A DNA stretch of 64,000 bases, from contig NC_092675.1 in NCBI RefSeq assembly GCF_964355755.1, positions 1,731,812 through 1,795,811 on the forward strand, given 5' to 3'. The notes under the pieces were generated by a model. The model did no database searches, was not told the origin of the DNA, and worked only from the letters and a program-made list of their open reading frames with translations. Shown here one piece after another: positions 1 through 13,400 of the stretch. Both the position numbers and the translations under genes were made by a program. Origin of the DNA: Antedon mediterranea (taxonomy: Eukaryota > Animalia > Echinodermata). How positions within the stretch are numbered: position 1 is the first letter of the stretch; each line of letters starts with the position of its first letter.

Positions 1-253
1 TCACAGTGTCAGGATTAAAGATATCACAGTGTGGGGATTAAAGATATCACAGTGTAGGGATTAAAGATATCACAGTGTAGGGATTGAATATATCACAGTG
101 TAGGGATTAAAGATATCACAGTGTAGGGATTAAAGATATCACAGTGTAGGGATTAAAGATATCACAGTGTGGGGATTAAAGATATCACAGTGTGGGGATT
201 AAAGATATCACAGTGTGGGGATTAAAGATATCACAGTGTGGGGATTAAAGATA
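1..253. repeat. 23-bp minisatellite (tcacagtgtggggattaaagata), ~11 copies, truncated by window start
   Basis: Near-identical tandem units read directly. Confidence 0.95.
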
Positions 254-1198
254 ATTGTGTACTTATTGCAACAAAGCAAACAGGTTAATTATCCACACAA
301 CCATTTTAATTGATTTATAAATAAAAATTGTTATTAAACAAACAAATTATTAATGGTTACCAACATTTATAAAGCTATAGTATCTAGCCAGCTAAACTTG
401 TTAGCATTCTAACCATTTGTTCTAAAGGATAATATCTGTAGTCACACTCACCGACATAATTTATTACATACATACATACTAGACTATAAACATTAATACT
501 TTCAAGGCCGTAGCGAGGGGTTAAAAACAGATTGGGCAAGATCCTTTAAATATAATTATTAATATAAAATATGACAATCTGTGAATCTGGGAAATTGGGA
601 TGGGTGAAAATTGAAAAGGCTAGCGTTTGTCTGCCTCATGCTGGCTATGCCCCTGCCTTTTAGGAGGTAGATCATTCGTATATTTTCTATAAATTTTAGA
701 AAAACACAATTAACTTTTCATGAACCTAATTAAATTATCTGATAATCTTATTCCTTGACATTATTATTCCTTTACTGTATTATGAATAAAACAAGGTTTA
801 GCAATAGAATCTGATTTAATGCTGAGGATTTTTAAATTTCTAAAAACTGATCATAGCTTCAGATCCTACTTCAAGTCATTTATACAGTAGCATTAATAAT
901 CCTATTTTGAAAATAATGAATGAAATTCTTGTTTAAAAATAATCTTATTTTTTAGTATATAGATTTGTTACTGAAATAATAACACAATTATTGGCAGGGC
1001 ATTTTTTCGCTAGTGGTAACCAAGCTGTAAAGTGCACACAAACCAGAATTCTAGGCACTCCTGTCATACCACTCTACCAATGACTTGATTATTTAAGACT
1101 TGTAAGGCATTTCTGACTGATAAATGTGGTTTATTTATATCTCTATATATTATTATACTATAGTATCCATGGTCATTTATTGAATAACTTTATTTTAG

Positions 1199-4100
1199 TC
1201 CTCAGGGTTACTGTAACTCGTACCAAGGTCAAGTATGTGGAACCTATCTACAAGATCTTTTCATCTTTTACAACACCAGTATTGCCAACCCTGAAAGGGT
1301 AATTGAGACATCCATGCTTGAAATTTTTCGAAGCCTTGTTAGCGTTACTGATAAATGTTACGAACCAATTCTTAAACTGATATGCCACAGGGCTCATCCG
1401 GATTGTGACCAAGTCATGCCTGGCTTACAACTCTCAAAGCCTATATGCAGGTAAGGGTTAAGATATTTAAACCCTCAGTTATGTATCATTTCTGGTTAGT
1501 CTACAGCATGTGTTAGTATTATTTGTTTCTGCTTTACCCAAAGTTGATTAAATTCAATGTTATTATTTTTAGTTAAGCCTTGTCTACACTATCAAACTTT
1601 ATGTGACAAAATGTGATGTGCTCATATATGGGCATGATGATGTCACATCACTACCATATTTGTGCATATCACACTTATTTTTTTTTCAAACTAGTTTTAT
1701 AGTGTAGACAGAGCGTTAGACATGAACCACAGGAGATTGTACGTTAGCTTAAGAGGTTGTGCCGCCTTTTGAGCTTTATGACAAATTGTTGGGTTTTTTT
1801 TATTAAAAAAAATATATTGTAAGAAGCATTTTTATAACATTCTTTTAAAATATTTATCAATGTCTTACCCAACAGAGAGGAATGCTATGCTGTGAAGTTA
1901 ATGTACTGTAGAAATGATTGGAAACAATTTGTTGACAGTCTCAGCGTAAACCACAAACAGTTCTTCCAAATACCAGAAGATTGTGGCGAACTTCCAAGTA
2001 AATTTAACACAAAAGACGGCGAAATGCAGTGTTCAGATGCTGATATTCTTCGTAAGTTTACCTAGCTAGCTAAGTGAGGCCATTGAGCCTTGTCTACACT
2101 ATCAAAATATGTGATGTGCCCATATATAGACATGATGATGTCATATCACTACCATATTTGGGCACATCACATTTTTTGTTAAACTATTTAGATAGTGTAG
2201 ACAGAGCTTTAGATGTATATGTAGGTCTTTCTAATTTGTTTCGAATCTGCCTGTAGGCAAAAATGTTTGAACGTCTTCCTCAGCCTGCTAACGTTTAAAT
2301 ATTGTAATATTTTGATATAAAATGCTAAATATTTGTGTTTAGTTCTGTAAAATGTACTTATTAACGTTTCAGACAGTTGATGTTAATATGACAATAATAT
2401 AATAATTTAGATAAGCATTCTTTATCTTAGAGAATAAAATATGTAACTGTTAGATGTCTAATAGAATTAATATAATCTTATAGGGAAAACTTTTTTTTCT
2501 CTATTTAATAATAGAATCAAAATAGTTTTTATGCGGTACTGATTCAGATATAGAGTGATTGAACGTATATACAACTATATACAAGTGTGGATCAATTGAC
2601 TTGTATATTGCTTGATAATTACCTCTGGTTGCGTTCCCACCACACGGATATCTCTATCAGTATGGTGTTTAACAGTTAGAACTAAATTTAGAATTAACTT
2701 GTATTACCTACTTAATTTTTTACAGAACTTCCAGACCCTGATGATATAACAAGTGAGTTTTAACCTAACCCAGTCATGTCGGCCTTATTAGGCACTTTAA
2801 TTTGACAGACACGATAGCAACAATTTTGAAGCAATATGACATACAGTATAACTCTTCTTGTGGCCCTCCTTTGTGGTGGCCCTCCTTTGTGGTGGCCCTC
2901 CTTTGTGGTGGCCCTCCCTTGGGATGGCTCTCCATTGGGATACCCCTATTAGGACAGGTACCTGTGAGATGAACAAGAAAAAATTTAAAACTTCAGCCAA
3001 TCCCTATTCAGAGGACTCCCCTTTGTTGTGTCCCAAATGTCCCCTTAATAGGGGTTCTATTAAATTATTCAAATTCATGATAGCTATGATATTGCTTCTT
3101 GATTGTTGTATGTCGTTTTAAAAGTTCCGTATACCTTGCTACAGCACCAGAAACCTAACCCAAGCCTAAAAATGACACTTTTTTTTCTATGCACCCACAA
3201 TTAACGCTTCTGATTTTTTCTCTATTTCTATTAATTTTCTGATATTAACAGTTATTATTTCATTGAGTTCTTTTTAAACACAATTCTATAATCAAATGTC
3301 TTCTATGTTATTTACTTACAATCAATTAAGGAAAGCAGTCAACCATCTATATGTTCTTTTTTTTAGAATTTTTGTTTAATTAAATGTACTGAATACCTTT
3401 TCATTTGCAGCACAACACCCTCCCCCCCTCCCCCACAAATATTTTTCTTATTTTTCCTGAAAAGCATTTCTTTCAGTTTTATCTACCTTGCTTATTTTGG
3501 ATGTTTGCTGCCCCTTTTAAAGAGAAAGCTGCGTTTGTTTATTCGTTGTTTGTTATGTTGCTTACTGTGGTATGACTGCTTTATTTCACCCAGTGTTGCA
3601 GTGTTTGTTCAATTTTGTTGCTTTTAGATATCATCAAAATGCTGTTTTTGGCTTCATAAATCTTTTTCATCATTTTCATAACATATTTAAGATTTCAATG
3701 AAAAAATAATATAATTGTATACATGTAACTTTACAGACCTAACGATATCGTATATTATAAGTACAGTGTTTTACATGTTAAAATGTAATTTACACTACAT
3801 TCTATACACCCAACATCTCTAATAGTATATAGTTTGGTGGTAGAGGGTAATTAACCTGTAAATAATTTATTGTGTTTCAATCAATTTCTTACAGTTGAAT
3901 GTTTCTATTAATGTTTAATTGAAATCACTAAAAACTAATACATTAACTAGTATCTTGAAAAATTTTTTATATAAATATATGTTCTTAAAATATCATGCTT
4001 TGTTTAAAAATAAGATTTCATAAAATAATAATTCATAAAATGGCATTCAACGGTCAGCTGCTTCTTGGGTAATGCTGGTATGTTTGGAGGAATTATGCAA

Positions 4101-6102
4101 ATAATCAGCCACACCTACATAGTTACACCTGGGATTCATTGGTGGTTTTTTTTAAAAACCTAATAAGTCATAAATTATGTTACTTTTTTCAGAAAAATGT
4201 TACAATAGTTCTGGACAGTATTACCAAGGATCAGTGAATTACACTAAATCTGGCAAGCCATGTAAAGCATGGGATTCCCAGGTAAATATTTAATTTAATC
4301 TACTAACCAATCAGGTGTCTGCATTTACTAAAAAAATCACGAGAAATAGTTTTTTGGACTATTTCAGACAATTTATATTAAGAGTTATATATGTTACTCC
4401 TCATGTCAAGAGACGAGAGAAGTAAAGCTTTGTCAACACTATCAAACTAGTTTGACAAAAAATATAGTAGTGATATGACATCATCGTGTCCATATATGGG
4501 CATATCACATTTTTTTGTGATAGTGTAGACAGAGCGTAAGGTACTATAGTTAAAATCTTGAAACAGAGGAAACCCATAATAAGGGAACACTTTGTTGGTT
4601 TTGAAGGTATCCCATAATAGGGACTCTACTATATTTACAAAAGCATGGTGTGAGCTTATTATTTTTTAATTTGTCTTTTCAGACCTTTATGAATCCCGGT
4701 GTGTATCCTGAACTTTACAATGCCAGCAATCATTGCCGAAATCCAGATGGAAGATACGAGTCTCCGTGGTGTTTCACCGACAACGTGATGCCACGGTGGG
4801 AATTCTGTGCCATTGGCAAATGTGGTAAGTAATTTTAGGATAAGGAATTTATTTCCCACAGGACGCAAAATCTGAATGAAATACAGAAATAGACAATAAC
4901 AATTAATTATGCTATATTATTATTTATTTTTATTTTTAACAGATTCAGATGAAGTGGTCAATGAGTTACCAATGCCACACCCAACAAATAGATTGCCCTT
5001 CGATATCAGTTGGATCGTCATCATCTGTTGTACTTCTCTTGTTGTCATAGTAATCATCATCATCTCTGTAACTGGAATACTCCATGTTAAGCGCAACAAA
5101 AAACTTGATAAACTTTACCCCTTCCCAACCAACCTGGATATGGCTGAAATACCACCTAACCCTATGTACGGTAAAGATTTCTACAAGTCATTCAACCCAC
5201 GTTTAGAAACATTTGAGTACCCAAGGAATAACGTTGTCTATATAAAAGACATCGGTGAAGGCGCCTTTGGTAGAGTGTTTCAGGCTCAAGCACCTAGTCT
5301 TGTTCACGGTAAGAAAGAAACCATTGTTGCCGTTAAAATGCTAAAGGACGATGCAGATGCCGATACGATGCGGTACTTCAACCGTGAGGCAGAGGTCGTA
5401 ACTCGGTTTAATCATCAAAATATTGTGAAACTTCTGGGCGTTTGTTTTGTTGGAAAGCCATTGGCTATTATACTTGAGTATATGGGCCATGGGGATTTGC
5501 AGCATTTCTTGAGACGTCGTAGCCCGGAGAGAATCTACGAGGGTAGTAACAAGAGCGGGATGGTGCTGGACATGCGAACAAAGCTAAACATGGCAAAACA
5601 AGTTGCCACAGGAATGGCGTATCTTACGGAGCTGCGATTCGTTCATCGTGACGTTGCCACACGTAATTGCCTCGTTAACAACACATTGGAAGTTAAAATA
5701 TCTGATTTTGGATTGGCCAGACATCTTGGATCTCGCGAGTATTATCTTGGACATAAAGATGAAAAGATACCTATTAGATGGACTTCCCCTGAAGCATTGT
5801 GGGATTACCAATTCACCTGTCAGTCTGACATGTGGTCTTTTGGAATCCTTCTGTGGGAGATATTTACAAATGCTTTGAAACCTTACAGTGGGATGTCTCA
5901 CGAGGACGTGTTCATGAAAGTGAGGCAAGGCTATCGTTTAGGCTGCCCAAAAGACACGCCGAAAGGTGTCTACGAACTCATGAAAATGTGTTGGGCTCAC
6001 GAGGCGTCGCAACGCCCTTTGTTTCAAACTGTTTACGCTGTGTTGGAAGAATTGCAAAAAGAGCCTTCTGTACAACAAGCAAGCAACTACGCAATTGTTT
6101 AA
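1199..6102 (+). CDS. MUSK: MuSK-like receptor tyrosine kinase (Frizzled CRD, kringle, TM, kinase); 5' exons lie upstream of the window
   Basis: Phase-compatible GT-AG exons ~1199-1450 (GYCNSYQGQVC...KPICR), 1876-2051 (EECYAVKLMYC...), 2726-2752, 4193-4281 (kringle CYNSSGQYYQG...CKAWDSQ), 4683-4824 (NHCRNPDG...PWCFT), 4943-6102 (TM, PPNPMY, GEGAFGRV, VAVKMLK, HRDVATRN, DFG, TAA). CRD+kringle+NPMY and EYPRNN..YIKDIGEGAFGRVFQA match MuSK better than ROR. Confidence 0.85.
1576..1715. mobile_element. PIF/Harbinger-like hairpin MITE (family A; TIR AGCTCTGTCTACACTATCAAAC)
   Basis: TIRs at both ends, TTA on both flanks. Confidence 0.8.
2086..2208. mobile_element. MITE family A copy
   Basis: Same TIRs and internal gcccatatat..atgatgatgtcatatcactaccat core. 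Confidence 0.8.
2843..3062. mobile_element. Tc1/mariner (Tigger/pogo-like) MITE remnant with internal 16-bp repeats
   Basis: TA-CAGTATAACTC start, ggggttctatta end, (gtggccctcctttgtg) x3. Confidence 0.45.
4426..4536. mobile_element. MITE family A copy
   Basis: TIRs, TAA on both flanks. Confidence 0.8.
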
Positions 6103-7111
6103 CATTCAAATATATGCTGTATATAATGTATATCAATTATAACTTTTAAAAGTGAACGTTTATGTTTTATAATTTTTGATGGATGAAGATGCCATTTATA
6201 TGCATGAAAATATGTTTTATTTATCAATATCAGTTTTATAATGTAAAATATGTGCATTCTATGTTATTACATTCATCCTTTTAACATTTTCATAGAATAT
6301 GTTTGTGAGGATATGTTAATATTAGTGTTTATGAACAAGGTGCTCAAACAATGTACTTTTTATTAATCATATTTGATTATTTTCTGGTCCATTTTTTATA
6401 ATTGTAATTAGTAATTGTAAAGCTACACAAATCCAAGTTCTCCCATAGTCCTGTTTTTTTATACCAGTTAATGTTATTGAACAAAATTAAGTTTGTACCA
6501 CATGAAAAGAACAACAAATATATTAATCTTTGTCTAGGCCTATATGAATATAAGCCCTGTTTATGTTACTATATCCGTATGTATTGTATGCAGTTAAAGT
6601 AATTGATATCACATAATATTGATTGTTTATTTTGGATAGTACGTCTATATAACAAATCAAAGAAAACATTGAACCAGAAAATTAACAGCATCTTCCAAAA
6701 ACACAAACTAAAATCATCATTTTCACCAAACGCTGATGAAGGTTGGATTGTGGAAGTACATGGAAGATTAATTTTAATTAAATCGTTACAACTGTCTTTA
6801 ATTCTGTTTTTATAACTACGAAAGGAGTTGCTACGACCTTTATTAGCCCTCTATAAGAATATAATATAAGATTCGCAATACCTTTCAAATGCACTGATTG
6901 ATATATGTAACCACTTTTGTATTAAATCCAAAGGCAAATTACTGAAAAAATGACAATACTGTGGGTATCAGTGGCTGGATCTCAATGCAGATACAAAAAA
7001 AAAGCGAAAAGCTAAATCAAAACGATAAAGTAAAACAGCCATAAAAGTTAGCAGAGCTTTCGGGCAACATATCTTTCAAAAACTCCCAATTGCCACACAT
7101 TACTAAAGCTA

Positions 7112-7425
7112 CTTTATTTATTTATTTATTTAACAACATATTTATACAGGATAATACACAATCAAGTAGAAATTACAAGGATTTATCCGCTGAATGCGGA
7201 TAACTAATAAACTTGTTTTGCATTGTGGTCCTGTCGACAAAAACGGATACAAATTTAAATCTTATACAATTACAATTAATAATAAAAGCAACAAAAAAAA
7301 TAAACTGGAAGTTAAATGTTATGAAAAGAAATGAGATCTGTATCTAGCTTTAAAGGACTTAATCGTGGGTGAATGTTTTATATCAGCTGGCAAGTCATTC
7401 CATATTTTTCCGCCTGCAACTTTTA
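7112..7425 (-). mobile_element. CR1/L2-clade LINE 3' fragment
   Basis: Minus strand reads KVAGGKIWNDLPADIKHSPTIKSFK (typical RT C-terminus), followed by an (AATA)n tail. Confidence 0.65.
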
Positions 7426-7959
7426 AATAAACTAAATAAGTTGAAAACTTACAATGAGAATATTGTTAAAATAAAAATAACAATGATAAAGAACACATTT
7501 GAGAACATGTTTTAAAGAGAAGTACTGAAATTATTGTATACTATAATGTTATTTATTGGGAAGAAATACCAATATTCAATTTTACTGTACATATTTTTTA
7601 AATGAAAATGTCTTTAACCATTTAAAGATGCAATTAAAGTTTTTGTTTTAAATGGTGCAAATATTACCAATAATTTTTAAAGGAACTAGAGAGTGGGGGA
7701 ATATTATTCTATGCTTGTTTAAAATGTAAATTATTTGTCTAGCCCTACTATGGAGTTGATTCATTGGTGGTAAGTGTACATTTTCCTTGCTCGGCTTAAT
7801 CAGTTAAGAATACTCAGTGGCTGGATCTCAATGGAGATACAAAAAAAAGCGAGCTAAATCAAAACGATAAAGTAATACAGCCAGAAAAATATATTATAAC
7901 AATACTGTATTGTTTTATGTGTTGTTTATAACAATAGTGCATTGTTTGTTCTTCTATAC

Positions 7960-8335
7960 ACAGCAATGCGTTTTGACTATACATCAATGCGTTTTGACTA
8001 TACATCAATGCGTTTTGACTATACAGTACTAATGCGTTTCCTTTTCTATATACAGTAATGCGTTTCCTTTTCTATATACAGTAATGCGTTTCTTTATAAA
8101 TAATAATAGTAGTGCGTTTTCTTTATAAATAGTAATAGTAGTGCATTTTCATTTCTATACAGTAAACATGCGTGTTCGTTTTTATGCGTTTTCCTCTACA
8201 GTTAATGCGTTTCATCTACAGTTAATGCGTTTCTTTATATTATAATATACTGTAGTAATGTGTGTTTCTTCTCTACTATACAGTAAAAATGCGTTTTCGT
8301 CTCTATGCGTTTTCCTCCACATTTATGCCTTTTCA
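7960..8335. repeat. Degenerate minisatellite (atgcgtttt...tatacagta)
   Basis: Recurring atgcgttt motif at 20-30 bp spacing. Confidence 0.6.
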
Positions 8336-9789
8336 GTTTATTTTTCTGAAAAGTTGTATGATAATTGATATATACTTAAAACTGTATTATTAAAAACAAA
8401 TATATCGAATACTAGCTACTGTGTTTTTGTGGTTTTGAATGCATTTCCAGTATTAGGCCTACTGTATATTCTGATCGCTGGCTTACTTGCTGTAGAATCG
8501 GAAACATAAATTAGAATGTATATTGGCACACCTACAATTCGTTTACTCGTAGGCCTACTGAATTTATTTTCTTTATATATTCTTCGTTTCCTCAAATAAA
8601 TTGCGCGTTGTGTGTCTGCGCACATAGATATTTGTTCATCCGGCCGACAGACGTAATTGAATAAAATAATATTCCAACTGGGGACGCAATGCAATGACGT
8701 TAATTAAGCGCGTCGCAATCTTTGACCAATCACGACGCGATGCGTAGTTCGTATAATCGTGACTGCGCTTCGCGTTCACATGAAACATTTTTCGTAATGC
8801 GCACTTAGATATTGTTCTAGATTGTTTATTACAGAATTTTCGTCACTTGTCCAAAATGTGGTTTGGAACCGGTTCGTGAACCCGTTTGAACTGAACTGTA
8901 ATAACTGAACTATTAATGTATTAAAGGACTCTTGCAGATAGCATTGATAGGAATTATCATATGAACAATCTAACGTTTGGTCTTGCTTGCAGAGTGCAGT
9001 TCGCTGAAGTTTCTCTGGTATTACAGTATTTACAATTGTTTCCCAAATAGGACGCAATCACAAGTAGTGATGATGGATTATCTGTCGCTGTTATTGGTCA
9101 ATTGACTTGCGTCTACGTCCTTGCATTGCGTCTAGTACTGTAGGTCTACTTAGTTGTGAAAGTGCCACTTTCAAATCTAAAATAAAGCTAATATTTCGTC
9201 AAACCGTTACCGCTTGGAACAATGACCAATTACCGATATTGATTACCGATATCCATCTGCTAATGATGCTTCCGAATTATTGATTTCAATAACATAAAAA
9301 TTCGCTAATGAACCACACTGTTTAGTTAAGTAATAACGAAGCTGTCATTGTGTTGTATCGTTTGACACATAGTGTAACAGCAGTTGAAATGATTGACATT
9401 TTTCATGAGAATCGGTCAAACACCAGTCAAGTGACCACATGATGAACTCGTTCACGCGCGCGGTTATTGACTGAGAAGTCACTACTGCTGCTGCGCGTGG
9501 CGCCAAAACACCTGTAGTACACCCATGACGGTAGAAATCGCAAAGATATCTTACCTGTTTCCTAAATTAATTTAACTGTCCCAATATCTTTATAATAAAA
9601 TAAAAACATTATTGATTTCATTCTCTAGCGCTTAGAGTATACGAACAGAGCATTAGAACAGAGAATACCCGTTACGCTACAAAGTACATGACTGAGAGAA
9701 GCGAACTTATTATTACGTAATTCATCGTTACATCATAATATTATATTCATGACCGTCAAAGCTGGTATTAACCTGTTTATATCCAAGAT

Positions 9790-10030
9790 GATCGGTTGGC
9801 TCAGTCGGCTGAGCACTGTGTTAACAACACGGATGTCGGGTTCGAATTCAACCCCACCACCACGACCATGGGGTTCGAACCCCATGCTGGTCGTGGTGGA
9901 AAATAGTTAAACCTTTCGAGGTACTGTTTGGGGTTCACAGAATAATACGTCCCCCGTTCCACCACACAGGAAAGTCAATGCATCTGGTTATGCCATGGAA
10001 ACGATCGATGTCGTAATGCTTAGCACCCTC
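9790..10030 (+). mobile_element. tRNA-derived SINE or tRNA pseudogene (tRNA-Ile-like head) with internal inverted duplication
   Basis: A box TGGCTCAGTCGG, anticodon arm CTGTG-TTAACAA-CACGG, two B boxes (GGTTCGAA), acceptor stem GATCGGT/GCTGGTC; 3' boundary uncertain. Confidence 0.6.
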
Positions 10031-10403
10031 AATTTTAAGAACACAAATACATGTTAGGAACAAATATAGAATTGTATTGAGGAGGGGAGTGTTTCTGTAA
10101 GATCAAATACGCAATGTTGGGTCGCGAAAATTCCCAAAATAGGATCATGGGGTCGCGGTCTAAAAATGTTGCGGAACTCTGGTGTAGATAGGGCTTATAT
10201 TCTTACATGATAAAAGAGCAGATAAATAATATGATGATGTTGGAGTTGAAGCACGCCCTCTAGCCTACACTCGACTAAAAAAAAGTACGAAAACCAGTAC
10301 AGTTAGTACATCATCAATATATACGGCGACGAAAATTTAGGAAACACGAGTTTGAATATTCCATATATATTATATATATATATAAGTAATAATAGGCCTA
10401 GTC

Positions 10404-13400
10404 ATGTTTAGAGCAAAACATGCTAAGGTAATAATGAAAAGAATGACATTCTAGCTGTCATAATTACATTTATAAAATTATGTGTACTAACCACACACAT
10501 CTACTACAAGCTAGGCCTAGGCCTAGAGCTATAGGCCTTTTGCCTGTATGTATTGTAGGTAGATTATGACAGGCCGGCTATGCCATTCTAGTGTAGTGGG
10601 CCTGGTTGCCATCGGGACGGTTTGTCCCAACCATACCCCATTCAGTTCCTTGCTTGTTAAGCCGTGAAATTTGCAAAAAGTCTGTACGTTTGAAGGTCTG
10701 AAATATACCAAAAAATAACATTGCTGTGTAGTTCACAACATTATAAGATTTCTAAAACAAAAAACAACATTTTTATACTGATACTTGTTGTTTTCTTTTA
10801 GAATTTGTGTAAAGGTATCCAACAATGGAGGGCTTTCCACCAAACTGTGCAAAAGAATTCACCAATGGTGCCAATCGTTATAGAACAAACAGTAAGTAAA
10901 TAAATCACATTATTAAACCAATCCTGTGTCAACAGACAAGTTGCTATTTATTCTCAGTTTTTCCTGAAGTTGATTTTACTAATTGTTGGAGGATTAATAC
11001 AGACAGGCTTCCAATCCGAAATGGTGAAACATGGTATCCCTCGTATCATTGCAGCTTTAGTAAAAGATTTTTGTAAGTTACTCTCATGGCCCTTATCAAT
11101 TGTACTAGCAATTATACCCGCCCCAGGACAGGTTTCAAAATTAGTTTAAAGCCTTCTCAATCTCAGTACATAACACCCAACGCCAGTATCTCTCTACTAT
11201 ACTTACCAACCTTCACCCCTCTTCAATAACACCCCACACTCTTTTTCAAAAACAAATTCTTCCCATTGAATGACAAATTCAATTCAAACTAAGCTTCAAA
11301 TTGAGAGGAGTATACATAGCTATGATACCATAGGCCTAATAATGGTTTAAGTACGTTGTACTGTAAATTGGCTAATAATTACTGCTGCGGTCCCCCAGCC
11401 TTCTTTCTCCTCTCAACATCCCAGCCACAATCAACAAACCTTAACTCCTCCCCTGGACATTTCAAATATATTCCTAGTACAATTCCAATCATATAGGCTA
11501 CTTCATTACGGCAGTATTTTCGCTCCCCCTCCTCCTCGTCCTCCAAACACACCCCAGACACACTGGGTGATGTGTTTAAGACGGTCAGTACAAATTATAT
11601 TAGCCATCACTCCCAACCCATAATCCCTCAGTGGTAGTTTTCAAATGTAGTTTAAAACATTCCAAATACAGTTTCGGTTATGGTGATTGGCCTACATCCC
11701 CACCCCAAACTCCCAGCCCCTTCCCATGGATAATTAAAATACTTCAACATTTTCCAACCACAATTCTGACCCACTATACAACCACCGGGAGAGGTGTGTG
11801 TCATGTGTTCAATGTGCGTCAAACATTATGAATACTATGACGCACCCCTGCGTCAAAAAAGTGACTATACCTTTAGGTGACCATGATGCACCCATTTTGA
11901 AGCATGTTGTTCATGATATGTTTAATAGTATTAACATTTTTTTTCTATAAACATCACAAATTGAATTAAAACTAACTTCTATTAAACATATAATATTTCT
12001 CTTACATACTGTATTTTTTTCTTCAGGGACGTGGAGAGCGAGCTTATGATATCTATTCAAGACTTTTAAAGGAGAGAATTATTTGTTTGATGGGGCCTGT
12101 AAGTATACATTATATGAAGTTTATATTTTAAAAATGAACTTTTGAAGATTTTCATTTTCCATTACTCAATCTAAAATTGTAATATTTTGATTACCATATA
12201 GAATCATATACCCTCCTAGTTTTATTGGCAAATTTCTTTTTGCTGTTGGTTGGGTTTGAAAAAAAAAAAAAATACAGTACTGTATAACCACACCCCTTAT
12301 AAAAATAGAAAATTAAGCCTATACAAAAAGACTAGCTATGCCAATATACCAAAGTGCTAGTTTATACCCTAAAGTAGCCCAGAGTGGGCTTTAACCAATT
12401 AGGGGAAGTTATATTTTTAAACCTCTGTGTGGCCTTATTGTGCTAAAATTGGTTTATATACTATTGTGTGGGCGATCATTAAATACTGATATAAATTTCT
12501 GTGAAACCTATCAATGGTCCTAATGTAATGTTCTCAAATAGCAATAAGATATCCTATTTGTGTTACACTTTAATTATGGTTGAATTCACACATATTATGT
12601 AGTATCGTATAACATAGATCAGATTAGAATTGTATAATTATTATATTAATATTATTTTAATTAAATTTTAATTAAAAAGTATCATTTTAATGGTTAATAT
12701 TTGGATAATACAGCTTGTATTGAGTATTATAAATGTTTACATATACAGTAGTGTATACATCATTATTACATTATTATTTAAATTAGCATTTTGAGCTGGG
12801 TTATTGTTTGTCAAATCTGCATGTATTGTAACAAAAACATGTTTACATAGTACAATGTGCAAATAAAAATTGTTAAATTGTTTAAGCATGAAATTGTACG
12901 AATCCACATCAAAAATAGTTTACCGTATATGCCAAAGCAAGAAAAATATAAGTTGAGCATGCAATAGTGCAGTTATTTTAATATCATGTGATCCACAATC
13001 ATCCAATCAAATGACAAGAATCTACTTAATGTGTTATAATATCAGATATCTATTTGACATAATTTTTTTTTGTATAAACAAACATCACATTAAAACATAT
13101 CAATGTATAATTTTGAGGTTTTTCACTTGTTGTATCAAGTTGTATTCAACTATCATCATATTAACATGAACAACTGTGTTAATCACAGTACTACTATTTT
13201 GAAAGATTATAAATTTATATATAGCTCAACTATTGATTTTTTTATTGTGTTTTTTTTTTAGATACATGATGAAATATCCAGTGTAGTAATAGCACAATTA
13301 CTGTTTTTACAATCGGAAAGTAATAAGAAACCTATTCATTTATATATCAACAGTCCAGGTATGTACAGTACTTATATAATATAATATTATGCGGACGATT

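Noticed and set aside
5584-6149. Alternative-frame and antisense ORFs over the kinase exon
   Set aside because: Shadows of the real CDS with no recognisable motifs.
9400-9620. Divergent minus-strand transcript upstream of ClpP (CAG|GTAAG at ~9553, CpG-rich)
   Set aside because: A single donor-like motif with no ORF or downstream exon; cannot be supported without RNA data.
9790-9893. Functional tRNA-Val(AAC) gene
   Set aside because: T-arm region interrupted by a ~30-bp insertion, several G-U pairs in the acceptor stem, no adjacent oligo-T terminator; better read as a SINE or pseudogene.
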